Virus record (IMG/VR): IMGVR_UViG_3300025872_000001
Reading direction: 5' to 3' (one strand)
Source: a virus
DNA length: 64,000 bases
Shown: positions 51,398 to 59,611 of the stretch, in pieces
Layout: each line of letters starts with the position of its first letter
Numbering within the stretch: the stretch's first letter is position 1
The notes under the pieces: generated by a model
What the model was told of the DNA's origin: nothing
Seen by the model: only the letters and a program-made list of their open reading frames with translations
The model's database searches: none
Position numbers and translations under genes: made by a program

Positions 51398-52909
51398 TTA
51401 TGAGCTTATTGAATATTCTTCTGTACCAGGGAAGCCGCCGAATGGCAAATAATCTTGATTTCCAAATCTTAATCTGCATCCATCTATTGTTTTAGAGCAT
51501 TGATCTCCAGCCCAATGCTCTTTATTAAATGCGGGATGTTTTGCTCCGGTTGCGACATGAGTTTTGGCGCAAATATAAAATTTATACAATGGACTCCAAT
51601 TAGGATTTTCGTTTATATTTTTTTTAGCAACTTTAATATTTGTATTTTCAATGTAAACATATTCGCCAACTTTATAAGTTGCCCCATTTTGCCATCTACC
51701 ACGATTTAAACCGTCATTTAAAGCATCGTTGTTTAAACTTACCCAAGAAGAAATTTGACAAGAGTTAAAAAATCTTTCAGAAGTTGTTAATAAATTTTGT
51801 TCTCCCAAATCGTAATAAAATCTAGAAAAAGGAATGACTGCCCAACTTGAAGTGGTAACAGATGGCACTTTATAATAAACATTTAAACCATAACCTGGTC
51901 CTTCATGCTCGCGATGTCTTATGAAAATTCTATGATATCCCGCAGATAATGATACTGAGCCTTGCGTCCCTTTTGGAAGCACAGTTCCATTCGCAGGTCC
52001 AGGGCCATAATCAAAAGCAATTAATTTCCCATTTATCCACAGTTCCGCAGCATCATCTGGATTAAGACCAAATTCATAAACACCAGCTTGATCTACGTCA
52101 ACTTTAAAATAACCTATAAATTCATTTGCAGAATTAACAGTGCTTGAAACATTAAATGCTGACGCGATAGATTCAGACCCAGAAGTAAATGTAGCATTTG
52201 TGATTATACTTGTAAAAGTTGATGCTGTTGGCGTAACTCCACCAGCATTTGTATAATATCTTTTCAAAAGCCCAGCTTTAAAATCTAAGGCTTTTCTAAG
52301 GCGCATATCGTTTTCGTCAGCAACTGGCGGTCCCATATACCTACATCCATTGCCTCTGTAATGAAAAGAACAATATCTTGCCATTACTGTTCTTTTTGGG
52401 AAATTGACATTCTCTAACTCAAGTGGCGAAGCTAATTCAAATTCGACCAAAGCTCTACTTTCAGCCGACCTTCTTAGAATAAAAAACACCTGATCTTCTA
52501 ATCCAGCAGTAGAGTCTGCTGAACCGTATGGATTTTGATTATTAGAGAAATTTTGGTTATCTAGAAACTTAACAAAAGTTCTTTTTCTTACTATTTTGGC
52601 CCCAACTAAGTTGCTATAACGACGAATTAAGTTAGAAACGAAGAAATCTTGATTAGAAATGGACAATTTGGGTCTTGGTAAAGTACCATCTCCTTTACTT
52701 TCAAAACCCGAACTTTGTATTGGAAATGGCAGATACTCAACGCCTTGCCAATAAATCGACCCTCCTATACCGTTGGTGCCACCATGAACATAAAGTTTAT
52801 CGTCAGGTCTATTAATGTAATCATAGTAAATAACAAAAAACTCCAACAAAGCTGTTGGTTCCAGCGAAAAAAGCTCCGCATTAACTTTTTGATTAGAAGC
52901 CCTTGACAT
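51398..52909 (-). CDS. Minor tail protein L-like with PA14 insertion
   Basis: I.WQG..Y.P.PI...GFE..G.G..PRP.L, FELAS, C..YR..GC.Y, C.K...GC.LRF, FGGFPG. Confidence 0.9.
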   Translation of the reverse strand: MSRASNQKVNAELFSLEPTALLEFFVIYYDYINRPDDKLYVHGGTNGIGGSIYWQGVEYLPFPIQSSGFESKGDGTLPRPKLSISNQDFFVSNLIRRYSNLVGAKIVRKRTFVKFLDNQNFSNNQNPYGSADSTAGLEDQVFFILRRSAESRALVEFELASPLELENVNFPKRTVMARYCSFHYRGNGCRYMGPPVADENDMRLRKALDFKAGLLKRYYTNAGGVTPTASTFTSIITNATFTSGSESIASAFNVSSTVNSANEFIGYFKVDVDQAGVYEFGLNPDDAAELWINGKLIAFDYGPGPANGTVLPKGTQGSVSLSAGYHRIFIRHREHEGPGYGLNVYYKVPSVTTSSWAVIPFSRFYYDLGEQNLLTTSERFFNSCQISSWVSLNNDALNDGLNRGRWQNGATYKVGEYVYIENTNIKVAKKNINENPNWSPLYKFYICAKTHVATGAKHPAFNKEHWAGDQCSKTIDGCRLRFGNQDYLPFGGFPGTEEYSISS

Positions 52910-52939
52910 TTCCTTTTACCCTTAGATTATATTACACTC

Positions 52940-53422
52940 ATGGCTTTAAAAAACAAGATAAAAGTAGACTCATTTATCGTTGATAAGGTAAGAACCACCG
53001 ATATAACTCAGATATTGAGGCTTGCTGTGTTAGCTCAATCGTCTTTTGGTATAACCGACAAATCTGCTCCAACAGTATTTTTATATGAAAATAGCAACCT
53101 AATACGCAGAAATATGGATTTTTCCTTTGTTTTTCGAAATAGGATTGGTAATGTATTCGCGGCATTTATAATTGAACCTCAAACAACTGTTTCCGCTGAA
53201 TTAAAATTAGTTCTAACGGACCCAGATGTTCTTCACACTAAACTTCTTTACGATGAAGTTTATAAAAGTCTAGACTCAACCGGATTTAAAATGTTTTTTG
53301 TTAAGGTATATAAAAAACGTAAAAAAATTGATGCCTATTTAAAATATTTAAAAATTTATGGTTTCAATGAAACCTTAGAAGAAAATGATGAATTTGTGAC
53401 TGTGTGCCGCAAAAAGTCTTGA
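52940..53422 (+). CDS. Hypothetical protein (weakly GNAT-like)
   Basis: 160-aa ORF divergent from the tail genes. Confidence 0.5.
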   Translation: MALKNKIKVDSFIVDKVRTTDITQILRLAVLAQSSFGITDKSAPTVFLYENSNLIRRNMDFSFVFRNRIGNVFAAFIIEPQTTVSAELKLVLTDPDVLHTKLLYDEVYKSLDSTGFKMFFVKVYKKRKKIDAYLKYLKIYGFNETLEENDEFVTVCRKKS

Positions 53423-53453
53423 CATTTTATTTACCTCTGGCACATTACTGGTA

Positions 53454-53831
53454 ATGAAGTTCGAAAGGCTAATTCAACTTGCCAGAAATCTCATTATCTA
53501 TGACGATATTGAGCTTCGCTGCCGACACTTTGCATTTATTCTAAATAAGAATAAAATTGTTTCGATTGGCAAGAACTCCAAGAAATCGCACCCAATCAAC
53601 CAAAAATACGGTTATTTTGATGGTAGCGGACTTCACGCAGAGGCTTGTGCGGTAATCAAATCTGGCAAGATTGATCACACCAAACATACATTAGTTACAT
53701 TTCGTATTGACAGAAACGATAAGGTTGCTATGGGTAAGCCATGCAAATACTGCGAAAAGCTGTTGAAAGATGTGGCTTTCAAAGAAATATTCTATTCAAA
53801 TGAGCGAGGCGAATTCGAAAAATCCAAATAG
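53454..53831 (+). CDS. Zn-dependent cytidine/nucleotide deaminase-like protein
   Basis: G.N, LHAE, KPCKYC. Confidence 0.82.
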   Translation: MKFERLIQLARNLIIYDDIELRCRHFAFILNKNKIVSIGKNSKKSHPINQKYGYFDGSGLHAEACAVIKSGKIDHTKHTLVTFRIDRNDKVAMGKPCKYCEKLLKDVAFKEIFYSNERGEFEKSK

Positions 53832-54123
53832 ATTAGATGATGGTTTCGGTAATATCTGGTACAAATGCAACCTCAATGAAGATTGTGGCTTGCATATTGT
53901 ACGACCCGGCAAATCCCAATGCTGGTGCGACTCTATCGAAAAACTCTATTATGAATTTGATCTTGAGCGTTTTGGTTGGGCTGGCGACGGCTGGTACTTC
54001 TGGAATGATAATAGAAACATTTGTTATGGACCATACTCAAGTGAAGAAAACGCAAAGCGCCAATTTCTTAAATATTTAAAATTACTAGACAATGAACATT
54101 CTGATAATCGAAGCGACCAGTAA
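53800..54123 (+). CDS. Hypothetical Cys/Trp-containing protein
   Basis: ORF with C..C..C.C and GWYFW...GPY motifs; start uncertain. Confidence 0.45.
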   Translation: MSEANSKNPNRLDDGFGNIWYKCNLNEDCGLHIVRPGKSQCWCDSIEKLYYEFDLERFGWAGDGWYFWNDNRNICYGPYSSEENAKRQFLKYLKLLDNEHSDNRSDQ

Positions 54124-55084
54124 GCGAAAGCCTCTTGCAGAAGACTACAGTGATACATCTATTGTTCACTGTCGCAATAGTCTCATTTTGAAGAAGGCTT
54201 TGGGCGCAGACCTTCTCGACGGCGAATACTTCTTGCCAGAGGTATTAAAGAAACAGTACGATGTTATCATCTGCTGCTATGCTTCGCCTTATATGCCTCA
54301 CGTTCCTTATCGTCAAGTTCTAGAAAAGAACCCAAAGGCTCGTTACATCTGGTTGGTAAACGATCACGATGTTGAAGATAATCAGCTTTTGCGTTGGGGC
54401 ATTCAGAACATGGGATTGAGTTATGATATGATTTGCAATAATCCCAGAGAAGGTTATCGTCATTGGATCTTAAACAAGAACATTGCTGGTAAAAAACTTA
54501 ATGACTTTATTAACAAGTGGCTTACTGTTAATTTAAATTCATTAATTATGGACGACACTAGAACGCCAGTTGACATTTCAAATAAGAATGGCGTTATTTA
54601 TTATGGTACTTATCGTAAATGGCGCGCCGATTCATTTCAAAAGTTTTTGACTGAAGGAGTATTTCTTTCTGCGTCCAATAAGAATTGGAAGAAGTTCGAA
54701 GCTCTTGGCTGCAAATGCAACTACATACCAAAACTTGAGTGGCAAAAGAACAATGAGGATTTGCGCAAATTTAAATATTCAATTTATATTGAAGATGAAC
54801 ATACTCATACTCATTATGCTTTTCTTGCCAACCGCTTTTACGAATCTCTCATGTCTGATGTCGTGATGTTATTTGATGCCGACTGCTCCAATACAATCAA
54901 GCAGTGTGGTTATGTTATTCCAGAGTGCGTTATCGTTGACGATAGCAAACTTAAAAATGGTATAAATAATTATGCAAATTCTCTTGCCTTTCAAACTAAT
55001 CTGATGTATCAACAGACATTCTTCTCTCAAGCGATGGACGAAAAGACTACCGCAATCAATCAAATAAAAGAATTCATCAAATGA
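54092..55084 (+). CDS. GT-B glycosyltransferase resembling T4 DNA beta-glucosyltransferase
   Basis: VIYYGTYR and IEDE.....FLANRFYESLMSDVVMLFD parallel the T4 BGT motifs IYGGSFR and IGD.....FITLRVWETMASDAVMLID (recalled from memory). Confidence 0.6.
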   Translation: MNILIIEATSKRKPLAEDYSDTSIVHCRNSLILKKALGADLLDGEYFLPEVLKKQYDVIICCYASPYMPHVPYRQVLEKNPKARYIWLVNDHDVEDNQLLRWGIQNMGLSYDMICNNPREGYRHWILNKNIAGKKLNDFINKWLTVNLNSLIMDDTRTPVDISNKNGVIYYGTYRKWRADSFQKFLTEGVFLSASNKNWKKFEALGCKCNYIPKLEWQKNNEDLRKFKYSIYIEDEHTHTHYAFLANRFYESLMSDVVMLFDADCSNTIKQCGYVIPECVIVDDSKLKNGINNYANSLAFQTNLMYQQTFFSQAMDEKTTAINQIKEFIK

Positions 55085-55356
55085 AATTTATAGCCCGATT
55101 CGTTATCCCAAACGTATCCGCTCAAAAAACGGGTATTGACACTACTAAAACCTATATCTCTGACATTGGAAGTCATAAAGCCTTGCGTAATTTTGTTGTG
55201 ATAACTTCTTTTGATTTAGAAAGGCCAATCTTGATGGAAGTATCGGAGTTTGAATATCTTGAAGATAGAATTGTATTTCGTGGCTGGCTAAATTATAATT
55301 ATACTGGTGAATCTTATTTATGCAAAGGCGCAGTTGAATTAAGATCATTTCTATGA
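55081..55356 (+). CDS. Hypothetical protein
   Basis: ATGA-coupled ORF. Confidence 0.6.
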   Translation: MKFIARFVIPNVSAQKTGIDTTKTYISDIGSHKALRNFVVITSFDLERPILMEVSEFEYLEDRIVFRGWLNYNYTGESYLCKGAVELRSFL

Positions 55357-55580
55357 AATATTATAAGCCATTATGTACGTTTGAAGTAATTGCCGATAAT
55401 TATTATTATGGAGCAAAATCTCAAAAAGTTTTTCTTTACAAAGATCAAACGTTTAGCGTTTGGAACAAACAAAAAGATATGTTTGATTCTGAGTGCGAAC
55501 ATTGGGCTACTTATGATGGCTGGCTTCTTAAAATAGAGCGTCATCATTTAGCGCATCTTGAGGAAGTTAATAGTTTATGA
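55353..55580 (+). CDS. Hypothetical protein
   Basis: ATGA-coupled ORF. Confidence 0.55.
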   Translation: MKYYKPLCTFEVIADNYYYGAKSQKVFLYKDQTFSVWNKQKDMFDSECEHWATYDGWLLKIERHHLAHLEEVNSL

Positions 55581-56260
55581 TGACCATCAAAGAACAGGAA
55601 GATAAAGTTTTTGAAGAGATTACGAAAGTAAAATCTGAAATGGAAACAATTGTAGGCTTTAAGGTCACAAAGACTAATTTTAAAAAGGCCATCATTGAGA
55701 TGACAAAGAGGGCGGCGAATAAAGGTGATGTTTTATCTCAGTTATCCCCAGAGTCCCAAGAGAAGATCCAAAACTTCTTTTCTGTTTGTCAGCAATTTCT
55801 TGGCGAAGTTATTTGGCAAAATATAACTGATAAAAATATTAAGATTTATATTTCATATAAAGATAAGCCTTTAACTTCGTGGAATATTCCAATAGATGTG
55901 TTTTGTGGGAAACAAGAAGCGTATGACTTATCTCTCGCTATGATGGCAAAGAGTTTAACAGATTGCTTCTGGGCTTATTTTATATCTCCCACTCTTAGAG
56001 AAGCTGTAATGCAAGGAGACGAAACGGCAGTTAAAGCTATTTATCAATCTTTTAGCCGACCATCTATGGCGTCTGCCTTGAATAATCTTATAATGCTAAA
56101 AGAAAACTTTCCTGATTTTTATGAACACATTACCACCAAACTCGACATTATGACTGTTGAGAATATGGAGGAATTTATTAATAATAAAAATGAGCCTAGA
56201 AAAAGCAATAAAGCACGGCAAGGAAAAAAGAAAACCATATCAAGGATCAAAAAGGTTTGA
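55577..56260 (+). CDS. Hypothetical protein
   Basis: 227-aa coupled ORF. Confidence 0.65.
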   Translation: MMTIKEQEDKVFEEITKVKSEMETIVGFKVTKTNFKKAIIEMTKRAANKGDVLSQLSPESQEKIQNFFSVCQQFLGEVIWQNITDKNIKIYISYKDKPLTSWNIPIDVFCGKQEAYDLSLAMMAKSLTDCFWAYFISPTLREAVMQGDETAVKAIYQSFSRPSMASALNNLIMLKENFPDFYEHITTKLDIMTVENMEEFINNKNEPRKSNKARQGKKKTISRIKKV

Positions 56261-56384
56261 TCGGACTTGCAGGAATCATGGTTCTTGCAAGTACTGCGAA
56301 AACAATAGATTACATTCTTCAAAAAGAAGAAGGCGTTCTGCTGATGAGCAGTTAGAGGAATATTTTGACGATCAAAGCGATTAA
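56190..56384 (+). CDS. Small basic Cys/His phage protein
   Basis: MSLEKAI.HGKE.RKPY..SK.FD.TCRNHG.C.YC..NR. Confidence 0.6.
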   Translation: MSLEKAIKHGKEKRKPYQGSKRFDRTCRNHGSCKYCENNRLHSSKRRRRSADEQLEEYFDDQSD

Positions 56385-56405
56385 ATAAATTGTGTAATGT
56401 ATATT

Positions 56406-56861
56406 GTGAAAACTATCACATGTATATTACAAAGCTGCTTGCTTTTCACTAGCTTATGTGCTAGTGATATGGTTCATTCTTTCAAGTCTCCAGCATTCAA
56501 TGGAGTAAACTTTTCTGGTCACGCTATTACAATTGAAAACCTAGCTAGAACTAGAAAACAGTCAATAAAAGATATTGCTAAGTCTGAACTTGAGCAAGAA
56601 AAAATATTAGCCCAAAATACACCATTAAATAATTTTATAAATAACTTACAGGCAAGGATTTACTCTCAACTTGCCTCTCAAGTTACAGATCAAATTTTTA
56701 ATGCTGGAGGCGCCAATTTTGGCATCATTAATTTACAAGGAGGAGCAACCGTTACATGGCAAAAAAACGGAGATATGGTTACTCTTTTCATTGTTGACCC
56801 CGCCACAGGAAACACAACCCAAATACAAGTTCCTGTTGGCGTCTTAGCTCCAACTCCTTAA
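56406..56861 (+). CDS. csgF: Curli assembly protein CsgF-like
   Basis: Signal peptide then SDMVHSFKSPAFNG (compare CsgF M.F.F.NP.FGG), F...LQ.RIYSQL, D..TG.TT.I.VP. Confidence 0.8.
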   Translation: MKTITCILQSCLLFTSLCASDMVHSFKSPAFNGVNFSGHAITIENLARTRKQSIKDIAKSELEQEKILAQNTPLNNFINNLQARIYSQLASQVTDQIFNAGGANFGIINLQGGATVTWQKNGDMVTLFIVDPATGNTTQIQVPVGVLAPTP

Positions 56862-57664
56862 TGAGATGGCTGGCAAGCCTCTTATTGCTTAGTTTAGTTG
56901 GATGTGCGTCTCTGCCAGAGAGACCAAATATCATAACTTTACCTAAATTGCAGACTTCTCCGCTTGAGGAGCAGCTTAAAAATTTACCTACGCCAGATAA
57001 CCCCAGAATGACAATCGCAGTTTATGCGTTTGCCGATAAAACTGGACAGCGCAAGACAGTTGATGCTTATGCTTCCTTTTCGTCAGCCGTAACTCAGGGT
57101 GCAGAAAGTTGGCTGATAGATGCATTGCGAATTGCAGGAGATGGCAAATGGTTCCAAGTTTTGGAACGCTCTAATCTAGATAATGTTATAAGAGAACGCC
57201 AACTTATAAATCAAACTAGAGAATCATTTCAAGGCAAAGACGCAGAAAAACTTATGCCGATGTTATTTGCTGGCATAATTGCAGAAGGAGGAATAATTGG
57301 CTACGATACTAATATTTTAACTGGTGGTGCCGGTGCCAGCCTTCTTGGTATATCTGGCAGCACTCAATATCGCAAAGATGTTGTAACTGTTTCATTACGA
57401 TTTGTCAGCGTTCAAACTGGCGAAATCATTCTGAGCGTTGCAGTTACAAAAACAATTTCCAGTGTGGCAGCTTCGGGCAACTTGTTTAAGTTCTATGAAC
57501 ATGGAGTAACTCCAGCGGAATCAGAGCTTGGTTTCACTGCAAACGAACCCAATACTATTGCGGTTAGAAGTGCGATAGAACAAGCAGTAATAGAAATCAT
57601 TAAACAAGGTCAAGAGTGTAAACTTTGGAAACTAAAACCTCAACCCCAAAACAATGAAAAATAA
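56861..57664 (+). CDS. csgG: Curli secretion channel lipoprotein CsgG
   Basis: Lipobox LVGC; AVY.F.DKTGQRK, S.AVTQGA, WF.VLER..L....RERQ.I, EGGI.GYD.N, Y..D.VTV.LR.V.V.TGE, NEP. Confidence 0.92.
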   Translation: MRWLASLLLLSLVGCASLPERPNIITLPKLQTSPLEEQLKNLPTPDNPRMTIAVYAFADKTGQRKTVDAYASFSSAVTQGAESWLIDALRIAGDGKWFQVLERSNLDNVIRERQLINQTRESFQGKDAEKLMPMLFAGIIAEGGIIGYDTNILTGGAGASLLGISGSTQYRKDVVTVSLRFVSVQTGEIILSVAVTKTISSVAASGNLFKFYEHGVTPAESELGFTANEPNTIAVRSAIEQAVIEIIKQGQECKLWKLKPQPQNNEK

Positions 57665-58460
57665 ACTAATCGCGTTGTTTGTAACGTTGGTTTCCCTCGC
57701 TTTCGGGCAAAACCAACTTTACGTCAACCAGATCACAACCTCGGGAAATACAACCTTTGTACAGGTTGGATCTCTCAATAAAGTAGGTTCGTCTCAAACA
57801 CCCAGCAACATCACTGGAGACAATATCCTTTTCGAAATGAGACAAATGGGAAACAACAATACAACTGATTTCTCAATCATCGATGCCAACAATCTAAAAT
57901 TAGTTTCAGTATTCAATGGCAATACAAATACTCAAAAAATCTTTATGAGCGGCGCAAATAACAATATGAATTTACTGTTTAATGGAAACAATAATTCATT
58001 TCTGCTTAATAAAGATGTGACTGTTGACCATACATCCGATTCGGATACAACAAAAGCTACTGTTAGTTACAGCGACTTCAAGTTCAACGTAACTGGCAGT
58101 TCAAACGTATTTAAATTCGGCATTGAGAACGGCAAATATAATTATATTGATTATGAAGTAACTGGTAGCTCAAATACTATTAAATCTACCCAGATCGGTT
58201 TAGTAGCCGGTGGCTCAACAGCTAAAGATGGTCATGAACAAACTGTTACAATTACAGGTGGTTCTAATGATTTGACCATTTACCAAGCTGGATTGGAGAA
58301 ACAACTTTTTAATTATAATTTAACTGGTAGCAACAATACAGTTCGCATTGTTCAAACCACCACAGCATACTCACCATTAATGACGTTAAATACAAATAAT
58401 CAAAATGGTGTAGCTGGAGCGGCACAAACAACAGCGACAATTGTTCCTCCGACTAATTAA
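57654..58460 (+). CDS. Secreted curlin-like repeat protein (CsgA/CsgB-like)
   Basis: Signal peptide; repeated Q.G..N and V.G.SN beta-arc units; Asn/Gln/Thr-rich. Confidence 0.68.
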   Translation: MKNKLIALFVTLVSLAFGQNQLYVNQITTSGNTTFVQVGSLNKVGSSQTPSNITGDNILFEMRQMGNNNTTDFSIIDANNLKLVSVFNGNTNTQKIFMSGANNNMNLLFNGNNNSFLLNKDVTVDHTSDSDTTKATVSYSDFKFNVTGSSNVFKFGIENGKYNYIDYEVTGSSNTIKSTQIGLVAGGSTAKDGHEQTVTITGGSNDLTIYQAGLEKQLFNYNLTGSNNTVRIVQTTTAYSPLMTLNTNNQNGVAGAAQTTATIVPPTN

Positions 58461-59611
58461 TGAAAATAGCCGCTATATTTTTATTAGCGGCTTTATCTTG
58501 CTTCGCCTCTTCTGGTCAACTTACTGAAATAACTGGTCCGACGCAAATAACTAGAAAGAGCGAAAAAATCGAAGGTAAAGTCAGCGTTGGCGTCGAAATG
58601 AACGACGTAATAGAAACATTGCGAGGCCGCGCTGGCATTACTTTTGAAGACAATACTAAAGTTCAGATCACAGAATTTTCCAAGTTGAGGATAGACGAGT
58701 TTGTCTATGACCCCGCCAGTGGTAAAGGCAAACTGAATATGAAAGCAACATCTGGCACAGTTAGATATGCGTCAGGTCTAATAGCAAAGAATAGCAGAGA
58801 AAATATAAAAGTCCAAACTCCTACCGCAGTTGTTTCGGTTAGAGGTACAGACTTTTCAATGACAGTATCGGAGGACGGCAAGAGTTTAATTGTTCTTTTG
58901 CCGTCCATTCCGTTAGCATCTGGCATCAAGCCTGTCGTTGGTTCTATTGAAGTTGAAAATGCTGCTGGTAAAGTTGTTATGACACAACCATATCAGGCAA
59001 CCTTTGTCAACTCTAGTTTTAACGCTCCAACCGCTCCCGTCATTTTAAATTTCCAAGACGAATCGAAGATCAACAATATGATATTGCTTGAATCGCCCAA
59101 GTCAGTTACCCAAGGCAGTAAAGTGACCAAAAAGGAAACAAAAGAGAAAACTGATGACGGAAAGAAAGATGACGAGCCAAATAAAAAGAAAGAAACTAAA
59201 ACAGAGGTAGCTCAGGTAGAAAAGCCTAGCGAAGCTCCAGCGGAAACAGTTGTTGCACAAAATACACAGACTGAAACGCCAACTCAAGTTCCAGAAACTA
59301 AACTGGATATTAATGCAATCCAGCCGCAAGTTGTGCAAGCTGCGGCGGAAGAAGCAGTGGCAAAATCAACTCAACCTGCAACCCCAGCAGTTACAATAGC
59401 GCAACCCACCGCAACTTTAACTACAAACTTAGCTGTTAGCAAAGGATTTAAATCTAACGATGGCAAAACTGCCACACTTGAATTGCGAACAGAAAAAAGC
59501 GTAATAGTCTATACTGCTAGACTCAGCGACAACGTAAGCGTCAACGTCAACGGTGAGCCTTATGTATTAAATTTCGGAGAAAAATCAAAAGTAAACATTA
59601 CTCAAAAATGA
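58460..59611 (+). CDS. Secreted/periplasmic FecR-domain protein
   Basis: Signal peptide; D.I.T..G...ITF.DNT.V.I...S.L.ID.FVYDP, V.TPTA...VRGTDF; low-complexity stalk. Confidence 0.85.
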   Translation: MKIAAIFLLAALSCFASSGQLTEITGPTQITRKSEKIEGKVSVGVEMNDVIETLRGRAGITFEDNTKVQITEFSKLRIDEFVYDPASGKGKLNMKATSGTVRYASGLIAKNSRENIKVQTPTAVVSVRGTDFSMTVSEDGKSLIVLLPSIPLASGIKPVVGSIEVENAAGKVVMTQPYQATFVNSSFNAPTAPVILNFQDESKINNMILLESPKSVTQGSKVTKKETKEKTDDGKKDDEPNKKKETKTEVAQVEKPSEAPAETVVAQNTQTETPTQVPETKLDINAIQPQVVQAAAEEAVAKSTQPATPAVTIAQPTATLTTNLAVSKGFKSNDGKTATLELRTEKSVIVYTARLSDNVSVNVNGEPYVLNFGEKSKVNITQK

